Source of the DNA: Promethearchaeota archaeon
GTDB taxonomy: Archaea; Asgardarchaeota; Lokiarchaeia; Sigyniarchaeales; SOKP01
NCBI GenBank assembly: GCA_019057795.1
Contig: JAHLWS010000031.1
Location: 1-64,000, forward strand
DNA length: 64,000 nt
Reading direction: 5' to 3'
Shown here: one piece after another, positions 10,155-20,056 of the stretch
Position numbering within the stretch: position 1 is the first letter of the stretch
How the letters are laid out: every line of letters begins with the position of its first letter
The notes under the pieces: generated by a model
What the model saw: the letters and a program-made list of their open reading frames with translations, nothing else
What the model was told of the DNA's origin: nothing
Databases searched by the model: none
Position numbers and translations under genes: made by a program

Positions 10155-12506
10155 TTAAGAGTTACTATGATATTTAAATCTACTTAATTTATAGATTTCT
10201 TGAGCGATTTTCTTTCCAATATTCTCAACTTTCAATAAGTCACCAATTTTCGCGTTGAAGATATCTTGGAGGGATTTCAATTCTCGAAGAAGGTTTCTTG
10301 CTCTAAGCGAATTTACGCCAGGAACGCCTGCAACAATGTATTCTAATAAACGAGAAATTTCGATGGGTTTCTTCTCAAACCTTAGTTTTAATTCACCTTT
10401 AGCACTAGATTGTTCTTTTTTCGCTAATTGAAAAAGGAAAGTAGCAGTTTCAATGGAATCTTTTGTTTTGTAGATAGTAATTCCTAAATTCAAAATAATG
10501 GAAGTTATTGCACCGTAGAGTGCGTTTTGATTAATATTTGAATTAATAAAAGGGTCTTCTTCTAAAATTAAGATGGGTCTAATAAAGTTATTTTTTAAAT
10601 CGTTCAATTCGTTAAATAATCTTCCATCTTTAATAGAATCATTAAAATCTTGGGCAGATTTTCGTTCAATCCCAACTCTTTCCGACACTATGTAATCAGC
10701 CACAGCTAATTGTTTTAATTTTAAATCAACTCCCATTAAAGATAGTGTTCTAACAACCGCAGAGGCGGTTTCTCTATTGTCACAAATAATTGTAAAATTT
10801 TCGGCACCATCAATTTTTTGGATCAACCGATTTTCATTTTGATTTTTTAAATTAGCCTTATCTCTACTTTCTTTTTCTTTTTTAACGAAATTTAAGAGAC
10901 TCGATTGCCCAACGACTTTAGAGTTGGAATCATTTTCTTTTATTTTTTTTAAACTTTGTTTCATATTACGCTCCTTAGCTCTTTCTGCCCAATAGTACCC
11001 TTCATCACGAGTACCCTCAGCCATTAAAATAATAACTTTTCCTTCTTTTTTTCTACCAGTCCTCCCGCGACGTTGAATTGAACGTACAGCACTCGGAACG
11101 ACATCGTAAAAAATAACTAAATCACATTCTGCTATATCTAATCCTTCTTCGCCAACACTCGTCGCTATTAATGTATTGTAAATTCCCTTTTTAAACTCGT
11201 CAAGAAGCCTGATTTGTTCCTTTTGAGTTAAACCTTTGTCAGATGTTTTAGTCTGTTGTCCAACGAATTTATGTGCCGTTATACTTGGATCTTTTTTAAG
11301 AAATTTAACTATATTGTTAACAGAATCCCGAAAATGACAAAATACCAAAACTCTTGAATCTTTATCTCCAATTATCTGGTTATGTAGAATTTCCGCTAAT
11401 TTTTCTAGTTTAGGATGTACAACTCCTTTTATTTTGTTAACTTCAATTAACTCAATCACGCGTTTAATGTCAGGATCTCTTAGGAGTTCTTTTAATGATT
11501 TATTTGCTGTATTTTGTTTTATCTTTTCTATGTTTTTTTTCATGTAATCATCTAATGCACTCAATCCCTGAGTTTCTATTAGTTCTTCCATATAAGAAAG
11601 CCTTATAGCATTTGCAGTATATTTTTTAGCCGTAAATAATTGGAACTTCTCGTCATCAGTTCTAGATGCTGAAATTCTCCCGTTAATTACTTTATCTAGG
11701 GATAGTAAATCTTTTCTTGTAACTTTAGAGATATCTGATGTATTCAATAATTCTTTTTGCTTTAACAATTTATAAATTGTTCTTAATTTTTCTGTAATAA
11801 CTTTTTTAATTTCTAAAAACTCGCTTGGAAGCTTAACCTTAATCCACTCGTTATCGACTTTGTAAATGTAAGGTTTAATGTCTGAATCTTGATCTGTTCT
11901 AATTTCAAGATGATCGATAAATAAATTTTCTTTTATTTCATTAATCTTCCCTTCCGTTGATCCTGGACTTGCCGTAAGCCCTAATATTTGAGCATTTTTC
12001 GAGGATTCCATGTACTTTTTAGCAATAAAACAATATGCGTAATCCCCAACAGCACGATGGCATTCATCAAAAATAATTAAACTTACACTATCTATTGAAT
12101 AAAGATTTGAAATTATATCATTTTGGAGCACTTGTGGCGTCATAAAAGCGACTTTTAAGCCATCCCATAATTCTTTCCTTTTTTCTGGTGAAGTTGTTCC
12201 TGTAATTGCTTTCAAGCTTTGAGAAGGAATAACAGTTAATCCTAAGAACGATTTATAATGTTGATTAACTAATGGTTTGGTTGGAGCTAAAAATAATACT
12301 TTTGAATTGGGTTTTTCTGTTAATCTCTGTACCGCTAACATTAAACCTATAATCGTTTTTCCTAGCCCCGTAGGAATAACCACTAAACAGTTGGTGTTTA
12401 GGCAATTAATAAATATACTTTCTTGATAAGCTCGCCTTAAGACTGAATTTTCTTTAATTAATGGGTGAGATATATACTGTTCTTTTTTCGATATAGAGAT
12501 CACCAA
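10155..12506 (-). CDS. hef: Hef/FANCM-like helicase with ERCC4 nuclease and HhH domains
   Basis: PTGLGKT, DECH, TASPG, EEGLDI, QRRGRTGR; C-terminal DNRE...ERKS..DF..SI.DGRL. Confidence 0.93.
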   Translation of the reverse strand: MVISISKKEQYISHPLIKENSVLRRAYQESIFINCLNTNCLVVIPTGLGKTIIGLMLAVQRLTEKPNSKVLFLAPTKPLVNQHYKSFLGLTVIPSQSLKAITGTTSPEKRKELWDGLKVAFMTPQVLQNDIISNLYSIDSVSLIIFDECHRAVGDYAYCFIAKKYMESSKNAQILGLTASPGSTEGKINEIKENLFIDHLEIRTDQDSDIKPYIYKVDNEWIKVKLPSEFLEIKKVITEKLRTIYKLLKQKELLNTSDISKVTRKDLLSLDKVINGRISASRTDDEKFQLFTAKKYTANAIRLSYMEELIETQGLSALDDYMKKNIEKIKQNTANKSLKELLRDPDIKRVIELIEVNKIKGVVHPKLEKLAEILHNQIIGDKDSRVLVFCHFRDSVNNIVKFLKKDPSITAHKFVGQQTKTSDKGLTQKEQIRLLDEFKKGIYNTLIATSVGEEGLDIAECDLVIFYDVVPSAVRSIQRRGRTGRKKEGKVIILMAEGTRDEGYYWAERAKERNMKQSLKKIKENDSNSKVVGQSSLLNFVKKEKESRDKANLKNQNENRLIQKIDGAENFTIICDNRETASAVVRTLSLMGVDLKLKQLAVADYIVSERVGIERKSAQDFNDSIKDGRLFNELNDLKNNFIRPILILEEDPFINSNINQNALYGAITSIILNLGITIYKTKDSIETATFLFQLAKKEQSSAKGELKLRFEKKPIEISRLLEYIVAGVPGVNSLRARNLLRELKSLQDIFNAKIGDLLKVENIGKKIAQEIYKLSRFKYHSNS

Positions 12507-12643
12507 AAAATATCGTTCTAAAAGGCTTTTTACAGTTATGTTTTTAGTATATGTTTTAAAGTTACAGAGTCTATAGAATCTCTTAAATTAAATTAATAAT
12601 TAGTTAATAGATATTTTTGAATGATTCTTAATAATTACAGATA

Positions 12644-13833
12644 TTAACGGAGAAAGTCCATTATTGATTCTTGTTTTTCTAATTTTTTTAAAAATGGATT
12701 ATATACATATTTTGGAATATTATTTATTTTGACTTCAGATTTTCTGATTATAGGATGAGAGTTAATTTGTTTAGTAATCTCTTCCTGAAAACTATTAATC
12801 GTATTTCTATGAAAACCGTTAACTGCTTTAATTCTAATCAAGACAACAATATTTTGATTAGATATATTATCCTTAAGATTATCTCTTCTTTTTTGAATAC
12901 GATATTCTTCTTTTGATTCATGGAAATTATTAGGAAAATGATCATGTTGTTTTCCATATATTCCACTGCAACTTTAAAAATTTTTCCCCCAATTTCTACA
13001 TTCTCATTGTAAGAATCATATTTTAACAATCCTCCATCTCTAATCTCCAACCCAAATGCTTTTTTCAAAGTTATTGGTCTGAAATCAACACCTAAAATTT
13101 TATTCATATACATTTGCATGATTTTTTGACAGAAATAATCATTGCATTCCGGACACCATCTACTTTGATTTATTAAATATCTCACCTTTACGGACCAATT
13201 ATGATGATTGTTTCTTGTTAGATGCCCAACTTTAATATATCTCTCTGAAGGTACTTCTTCCATCATTTTCCACTCCTCTCTTGTAGTTAATAAATACCCT
13301 TTTTGATCAATCATATATTTTTTTATTGTATCATAGTCATATTTATTCTTAAGAGCACAATTAGACCCCCATATCTTCTCATATATATGATTTGATTTTT
13401 TTTCTCCAAACCTGCTGTTAAGATATGACTTACACCATTTTATGATTGTTATTTTTGACGCACCAATTTCCTTCTGAATCGAATTTATTCCCATAATTTT
13501 TTCTGGATTTCCATAATAAATTTTTTCAAACTGATCTTCGATTAGGTTTAAGAATTTTGAGTATCTATCTTGGATCTTCTTTATATTTCTATTCCAAATA
13601 TCTGAATAGATTTTATAAGCGTTTTCATGACTCGTTTCTTTCTTTAAATTTATCAAAATATACTTTCTTATTGTATTTCTATTTAAATTATATTTTCTTG
13701 CTAAAGAGCCTAAGGAAGGAATCAGATTTAAGTTAGAAGGATAATGTTTGTTTATAAGACAAATCAAATTATTACACATATCTTCAACATTTTCTTGATA
13801 TTTATCCTTCTGTTTTACATCAGATTTATCCAT
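12644..13833 (-). pseudogene. HTH + WCPEC zinc motif + Vsr/PD-(D/E)XK-like endonuclease with a 1-nt frameshift near 12957
   Basis: AVEY in one frame continues as GKQHDHFPNNFHESKEEYRIQKRRDNLK...LIRIK in the frame of ORF 12644-12841. Confidence 0.7.
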
Positions 13834-13915
13834 ATGTAATGAATTATAATTTACTATTTAATCTCATAGTGTATTAATATTTATTAATTCGCTATTTAAA
13901 ATAAGATAAATTTAG

Positions 13916-14021
13916 TGTGCAAGGAGGGATTCGAACCCCCGACCGACGTGATCTACATAAAGAATTAATGTAGATTTACACGGTGTGAGCGTGTCATCAT
14001 ACCGAGCTAGACCACTTGCAC
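13916..14021 (-). tRNA. tRNA-Val(CAC) with a 32-nt intron at position 44/45 (13945-13976)
   Basis: Acceptor GTGCAAG/CTTGCAC + A, anticodon arm ACACG-CTCACAC-CGTGT, T arm GGGGG-TTCGAAT-CCCTC; removing the intron gives variable loop AGGTC and 74 nt; CCA not encoded. Confidence 0.95.
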
Positions 14022-14045
14022 TTAATATTTAATTCAATTCCTTAA

Positions 14046-14053
14046 ATTATAAA
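14046..14053 (-). promoter_or_regulatory. TATA box of tRNA-Val
   Basis: TTTATAAT about 25 nt upstream of the tRNA 5' end. Confidence 0.55.
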
Positions 14054-14174
14054 TATTTTATCACTAAAAGATCAAATTCAAGTTTTCTTACTAAGGTCTA
14101 TTGATAAATTAACCAAAAAAGTTTTATTTTATATTACATTTCAAAATTTAATTACTATTTCTTTGGTTTATGTT

Positions 14175-14477
14175 ATGTCTTCTTTTTTAGAGTCTCGTGA
14201 ATTAAGAAAGTTGTATAAAGAAGTTCGAAAAGATATTAAGGTCGGTTTTATTTTTCTTTCCAGATACGAAAAAGCGCGCATCACAGGTGCAAGAGCACTG
14301 CAAATTTCATACGGCGCTCCTATATTAATAAATAGGCCTAAGAATTTAATAGACCCAATTAAGATAGCCTTACTTGAATTAAAATCTAAAATTTTACCCT
14401 TAACAATTCGAAGGGAGTATCCGTCAGGAGAATATCAAGATATTCCTATTAATAAATTGATTCTTAAAAAAGATTAA
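14175..14477 (+). CDS. rpoK: RNA polymerase subunit K (Rpo6)
   Basis: LSRYEKARITGARALQISYGAP...DPIKIALLELKSKILPLTIRR. Confidence 0.95.
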   Translation: MSSFLESRELRKLYKEVRKDIKVGFIFLSRYEKARITGARALQISYGAPILINRPKNLIDPIKIALLELKSKILPLTIRREYPSGEYQDIPINKLILKKD

Positions 14478-14534
14478 TACATTTTAGATAGTCATATGTA
14501 AAAAATGTTTTATTCGCTCTAATATCCTTTAATT

Positions 14535-14996
14535 TTATTGAATTCGGTATTTCCCTCTTTCTGTAAGAATGTATACGGTCTTTCCTTCGACTTGCTCAGT
14601 TTCCAAATAATCCTTAGAAATTAAAACTTCTATAATTTTTTCTAAATCTGCTTTTTTAAATGGTTCAATACCCAACTGTACTCTACTTTGATTAACAACA
14701 ATCGCGATGCGTGTAAGAAACATTCTTTTACTCATAAACGATTCAAGAACTGTAAGCTCGTCGTTAGAAAGGCGTTCAAATTGATCGTGTTCTAAAATTT
14801 GGTCTTTAAGAGTTTTGGCAAGCTCTATTGTTTCTTGACTTACTTCTTGTTTCTTTACTTCGACGTGTTTTAATTGCACCAAATCTTTTGCAACTGGTGT
14901 TTTCTTATTTTGAGCCATTTGCTCTAAGTAATTGCGAATTTTTTCTTTATCCCCTACTTCTCTTTTCGAATTCTTATCTTCATTTTTATTCTCCAT
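14535..14996 (-). CDS. Hypothetical protein with C-terminal winged helix
   Basis: LEKIIEVLISKDYLE...VYILTERG wHTH tail. Confidence 0.65.
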   Translation of the reverse strand: MENKNEDKNSKREVGDKEKIRNYLEQMAQNKKTPVAKDLVQLKHVEVKKQEVSQETIELAKTLKDQILEHDQFERLSNDELTVLESFMSKRMFLTRIAIVVNQSRVQLGIEPFKKADLEKIIEVLISKDYLETEQVEGKTVYILTERGKYRIQ

Positions 14997-15041
14997 AATA
15001 ATACGATAAGGAATTTAATTATAAAAACTTATATTCAATTA

Positions 15042-15608
15042 ATGAAAAAAGTTTTAGAGTTAAAAAACGGAGAAACCATTATCATTAGACACGTTAAAGA
15101 ATCAGATATTGACGGAATTTGGATTAATTTCAACGAAGTTGTTGATGAAGGAACATATCTTCCAGTTTTATTCCCGGTAAGATCTGAATTCGAAAAACAA
15201 TCGTGGTATAATAATATTAAAAAAGAAAGAGAAATATGTATTGTAGCTATTCACCCAAAATTAAAAAATCCATACAATATCCTTGGTCAATGTGAAATCT
15301 CAAATCTAGAATGGGATGCTGCCACTCATGTAGGTAGATTAGGTGTAATTGTACAAACAAAATTTAGAGATTTAGGTATTGGTTTTAATTTAATTGACGA
15401 AGCGATTCGAGAATCTAAAATTCTAAATAATAAAGAAAAAATTATCTTAAGCTGTTTTTCTAATAACAAAAGAGCTCTATACCTTTATAAAAAAATGGGT
15501 TTTCAAGTATTAGGTATAAGTAAGAAACAATTTTATATGGATTCTAAATATTACGACGAAATCCTATTGGATTTGTGGATAGATGATTATTTAGCCAACA
15601 ACCCTTAA
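15042..15608 (+). CDS. GNAT family N-acetyltransferase
   Basis: VQTKFRDLGIG, NKRALYLYKKMGF. Confidence 0.9.
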   Translation: MKKVLELKNGETIIIRHVKESDIDGIWINFNEVVDEGTYLPVLFPVRSEFEKQSWYNNIKKEREICIVAIHPKLKNPYNILGQCEISNLEWDAATHVGRLGVIVQTKFRDLGIGFNLIDEAIRESKILNNKEKIILSCFSNNKRALYLYKKMGFQVLGISKKQFYMDSKYYDEILLDLWIDDYLANNP

Positions 15609-15635
15609 ATTTTATCGAATTTGAAAGGGGTTTCC

Positions 15636-17075
15636 TTACGGAAATCGAGTTCTCTTTTGATAGATTTCCCAACTTTCAGGAGTTAATGGATTTTGGTTTA
15701 AAAAAATAAAGTTCAAGTTTTTTAAATTATCAATATAATTCAGTTTAAAATCTTTAATATCGTTTTTTTCTAAAAAAAGAATAATTAAACGCTCTAAATT
15801 ATTTATTCCTTCCATCTGCTTGATATGATTTTTATCAATAAATAACTCTTGAAGATTTTTAAGATTTTCCAATCCATTAAATGTTTCAATTTTATTGTTA
15901 GAAATCTCTAATTTATTTAATTCTGTTAGATTATCTAAATTATCAATATTCTCAATAATATTGTTGGATAAACTTAAAACTTTTAAACTTACCAATCTCT
16001 TTAACCCACTTATGTGAGATATTCGATTATCATTTAAATGTAAAGAAATTAAGTTCTCAAGGTTTTCTAGGCCTGAGATTATTTCAATATGATTTAAAGA
16101 TAAATTCAATGTTTTCAATTTGCATAGATTTCCTAGATTTTTTAGTCTTGAAATAGTATTATTACTAAGATTTAATAGTTCTAAATCGCGCAAATTATCT
16201 AAATTTGTTATTCCTGTAATTAAGTTCCGATCCAACGATAATTTTTTTAAATTACCTAAATCCAGATTTTCAATCTTCTTTATTTTATTTGAAGATAAAG
16301 AGATTTCCTGTAGATTATTTAGGTCCTCTAAATTTTCAATCTTTTTAATTTGATTCTGCGATAAATTTAAAGTTTTTAATTGTGTTAAATGGTTAAGACC
16401 ACGAATATTTTGAATGTTATTTCTTTGGAGTTGTAAATGCTCTAATTTAACAAGCTTATTAAAAACAGGAATTTCAGAAATATCATCCAACTTACCTCCC
16501 TCACAATTTAACAAGATTATTAATCCTTCCCTTAATGTTACGTAATATCCACAAGAATTTACGTAATAGTCGTAAAGAATCAAATTAAAGCAAACTTCTA
16601 AGATTGAATGTGGAATGGGTGTATCGTAATTAGAATTAAATATTTCTTCGGGAAACTCATAAATTTTTTTCTTAAAACTTAATTTAATTGCTTTCTTCAA
16701 ATAATCTTTAATGATTTTACGAGCTTTTTTTGTGTCTATCAAGTTTAATGTTTCTACAGCAAAGAATTTTTGATCCATATTATTTACATCATTTAGCGTA
16801 AACTCTAGAAGAGATACGAACTTTTTATGATAAAAATAGTTGTCTCGTAAGATGTTCCCTGATAAAACTCTGATTTCAAAACCCTCATCTGAAAGAAATA
16901 ATTGTTCAAAAAATTTAAACTCCTTTCCCTCATCCATAGAAGAATAGAGTTCTAACGCGGTTTCCCTTAAACTGATATTGTCTGAATTTACAATCCACTC
17001 TTTTAATATTTCTCTTGCTGTTTTTTTACCAATTTGTTCCAAATTTTTTTTAATGTAATCAGGATTTAAATCCAT
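15636..17075 (-). CDS. Leucine-rich repeat protein (SDS22-like) with HEAT-like N-terminus
   Basis: About 11 repeats of LxxLxLxxNxIxxIxxL. Confidence 0.9.
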   Translation of the reverse strand: MDLNPDYIKKNLEQIGKKTAREILKEWIVNSDNISLRETALELYSSMDEGKEFKFFEQLFLSDEGFEIRVLSGNILRDNYFYHKKFVSLLEFTLNDVNNMDQKFFAVETLNLIDTKKARKIIKDYLKKAIKLSFKKKIYEFPEEIFNSNYDTPIPHSILEVCFNLILYDYYVNSCGYYVTLREGLIILLNCEGGKLDDISEIPVFNKLVKLEHLQLQRNNIQNIRGLNHLTQLKTLNLSQNQIKKIENLEDLNNLQEISLSSNKIKKIENLDLGNLKKLSLDRNLITGITNLDNLRDLELLNLSNNTISRLKNLGNLCKLKTLNLSLNHIEIISGLENLENLISLHLNDNRISHISGLKRLVSLKVLSLSNNIIENIDNLDNLTELNKLEISNNKIETFNGLENLKNLQELFIDKNHIKQMEGINNLERLIILFLEKNDIKDFKLNYIDNLKNLNFIFLNQNPLTPESWEIYQKRTRFP

Positions 17076-17522
17076 CTTTAAATGATTAAAATATACCTTT
17101 GAAATCTTCTATTAAAGAATCGTATTGCTTATTTAAAATATATTCTTCAATTTCAAATATATACAAATTTTTCTTTTTTAATTACTTAAGTCCATTTGTA
17201 TACACAAATAGATATTATTGGGATATCAAAAGTTGTGATTTGTTACACCAAATAAAAGAAGAAAAAATTAAATTAAAAAATTATTTTGTGATTTTTCTAT
17301 ATTAATAGGAATATAACCTTATTTTTTTTAAAGAAATACCCCCCAAATATCTCAATTTTTTTGTAATAAAAAATATTTATATACATATAATTTATTATTA
17401 TGATAATTTGAATTTGTTATAATTTGTCGATATTATTATACACTCTAAAAAATAATATTGATAATGTATAAAAAATTTTGAATAAAATTAACAAGTAAAT
17501 AAAAATTAAAAAGCTGAATATT

Positions 17523-18668
17523 ATGGCAGAAGAAGAAAGTTTTTTAAACGCGAAAGCCTTAGTTGTCGATAACGGTACAGGGATTTCAAAAAACGGTTTC
17601 GCTGGTGAAGACCAACCTCGTTCTGTATTTCCAACTCTTATTGGCTATCCTAAATATGAATCGATAATGACCGATGTCGAACATTACACTCGAGAATATT
17701 ACATTGGAGAGGAAGCTATGCAACTTAAAGGTGTTTTAAAGTTGATGTTTCCTGTAGAACACGGTATTATCGAAGATTGGACTGCTATGGAAAAGATTTG
17801 GCATTACACGTTTTACACCGACTTACGAATCGATCCTAGCGAACATCCAGTTCTTTTAACTGAAGCTCCATTAAACCCAAGACCAAACAGAGAAAAAATG
17901 GCTGAAATAATGTTTGAAACATTCAATGTTCCAGCCCTTTACGTTGCGATGCAAGCGGTCCTATCTCTTTACGCCTCTGGTCGTACTACGGGATGCGTAA
18001 TAGATATTGGAGATGGGGTCTCACACGTTGTACCTATTTTCGAAGGTTTCGCTTTAAGTCATGCTATCCAAAGAATCGATCTTGCTGGCCGTGATATCAC
18101 AACTTACCTACAAAGATTACTCCGACAAAAGGGATATTCATTTACAACTTCTGCAGAGAAAGAAATTGTTAGAGATATCAAGGAAAAACTCTGCTATGTA
18201 GCAATCGACCCAGAAAAAGAAATGATGCTTTCCAAGAAAGTTGCTGGAATGGAAAAGAGCTACATGCTACCTGACGGAGAAACAATTAATGTAGGTGTTG
18301 AAAGATTTTTGGCACCAGAATGCTTCTTCAATCCATCAGTAATCGGGAAAGAGTTAGAACCTCTCGATGATGTAATTGTTGGTGCTATTTCCGAATGTGA
18401 TGTCGACCTTCGTAGAGACCTTTATGGTAATATTGTGCTTTCTGGTGGCTCAACAATGTTCCCTGGAATTAAAGAACGTTTAACCAAAGAAATTAAGGAA
18501 CAGATTCCAGAGTCCGTTGATGTTAAAATCATTGCCCCTCCAGAGCGTATGTATTCCGTATGGATTGGCGGTTCAATCTTAAGCTCCTTGAAGACATTCC
18601 ACCGAATGTGGGTTACGCGTCGGGAGTATAAAGAGATGGGTCCCCAAGTGATTCACCGCTGCTTTTAA
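17523..18668 (+). CDS. Actin (lokiactin)
   Basis: [56 protein letters not shown]-terminal HRCF; strongly eukaryotic-actin-like. Confidence 0.97.
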   Translation: MAEEESFLNAKALVVDNGTGISKNGFAGEDQPRSVFPTLIGYPKYESIMTDVEHYTREYYIGEEAMQLKGVLKLMFPVEHGIIEDWTAMEKIWHYTFYTDLRIDPSEHPVLLTEAPLNPRPNREKMAEIMFETFNVPALYVAMQAVLSLYASGRTTGCVIDIGDGVSHVVPIFEGFALSHAIQRIDLAGRDITTYLQRLLRQKGYSFTTSAEKEIVRDIKEKLCYVAIDPEKEMMLSKKVAGMEKSYMLPDGETINVGVERFLAPECFFNPSVIGKELEPLDDVIVGAISECDVDLRRDLYGNIVLSGGSTMFPGIKERLTKEIKEQIPESVDVKIIAPPERMYSVWIGGSILSSLKTFHRMWVTRREYKEMGPQVIHRCF

Positions 18669-18719
18669 GCCCATCTGGGCAAATTCCTAATTTTTTTGAA
18701 TTTTTTATTTTTCTTTTTT
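18669..18719 (+). terminator. Probable lokiactin terminator
   Basis: GCCC-ATCT-GGGC hairpin right after the stop, followed by several T tracts. Confidence 0.5.
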
Positions 18720-18990
18720 ATTATTTTTTCAATTCCTTAAATTAAATATTATCATACCAAAAATTTAGTGTTATATTTATAACTTCTTCTAAAGGTGTTT
18801 TTACTGAATAAAATCCGTATTTGTATCCCATAATTTTTAACTAAAATCTATTATTGAAATTTGGTAACTATTAATTTGATAATTTAGATTCAAAAAAATA
18901 TAAGTAGATAATAAATTTAATGTTGATTTAAATTAAAATGTATAAAGAAAAAAAAACGAAATCTAAAACCATTTTATTTGTAATATTATT

Positions 18991-19986
18991 GTGTATTGGA
19001 GCGTAAATTTCATGCCTGAAAGTAGCGTTATTTTAAACGATCTTAACAAGGTTTTTATACCTTGTCGAACGGTATTAGAGATGGAAGCGTTAACATCTTT
19101 GTTTTTAGAATATTATAACTACGATCTAATCAAAGAGGTTCCCAAAAGTCAACCATCAAGCCAAAAAATTGTAGAAGTTTTTCGAATTTTAGAATGCAAA
19201 CCTCTTGAGAGAATTATTGGATATTTTATTGATGTAGTTGTGCATAAACTCAAACCGGTTGTGATGTATGCAAGAGACCATCAAGATCGATTTAGAATGG
19301 GAAATGTAGTGGCTTACACTCAAACGCGCGTGTGCCTCTATCTAGCGCTGCATAGATTAAAGTTAAAGTTTTTGATCATAAATCATTTTATGAAGGAATT
19401 TAAAGAAAATAAATTTAAATTAAATTTACCGGATGAACAAGAGGGTTTAGGAGCTCACGCGTTTATGGCTTCTTTCTATAAGAACTACACTCATAAGAAT
19501 AAAATGAATCTGAGATTAATGCTTTCAACGAAAAGAGTTTCAGAGAGAGTTAGCAAATTAATTGATCTTAAGGACATTGTAACTAACGAGGATATTATTT
19601 ACGCAATAACTTTTAAAAAGTTTTTAGATGACAAGAATCGAATTAAATTTATTATGAGAGAAATAAAGGCTTCACTATTCGTATGCAAAGTCATGTTCGC
19701 ACAAATGGATGTTCTTAACCCTTTTTCCGTTGGAAAAGAAACTATGATCGATGCTGAAGAAATTATGTTAAGCCAAGATTTTATACCAGTACTAATACCC
19801 GCGATTTCAAATTGTTATTTAGGGAATAATCCAGCTCAACTTGAAGATTTATTTCGAGCTTATGAATTTATGATGAAAAGAGTATTGGAAGGACTTAATT
19901 ATGGAATAGGAATAGCTTCAGGAGGCCAAATAATTCTCGATTTAGATGATACAATATACAATTCAGGAAATATCTTCGATATTTAA
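18991..19986 (+). CDS. Hypothetical protein
   Basis: 331-aa ORF, no recognised motif; ATG at 19012 is an alternative start. Confidence 0.65.
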   Translation: MYWSVNFMPESSVILNDLNKVFIPCRTVLEMEALTSLFLEYYNYDLIKEVPKSQPSSQKIVEVFRILECKPLERIIGYFIDVVVHKLKPVVMYARDHQDRFRMGNVVAYTQTRVCLYLALHRLKLKFLIINHFMKEFKENKFKLNLPDEQEGLGAHAFMASFYKNYTHKNKMNLRLMLSTKRVSERVSKLIDLKDIVTNEDIIYAITFKKFLDDKNRIKFIMREIKASLFVCKVMFAQMDVLNPFSVGKETMIDAEEIMLSQDFIPVLIPAISNCYLGNNPAQLEDLFRAYEFMMKRVLEGLNYGIGIASGGQIILDLDDTIYNSGNIFDI

Positions 19987-20056
19987 GTAATATGCTGAAA
20001 CTTACTCGATAGAAGAAGATAATAAAAAGTAAAAAATTGAATTTAATTCATATAAA

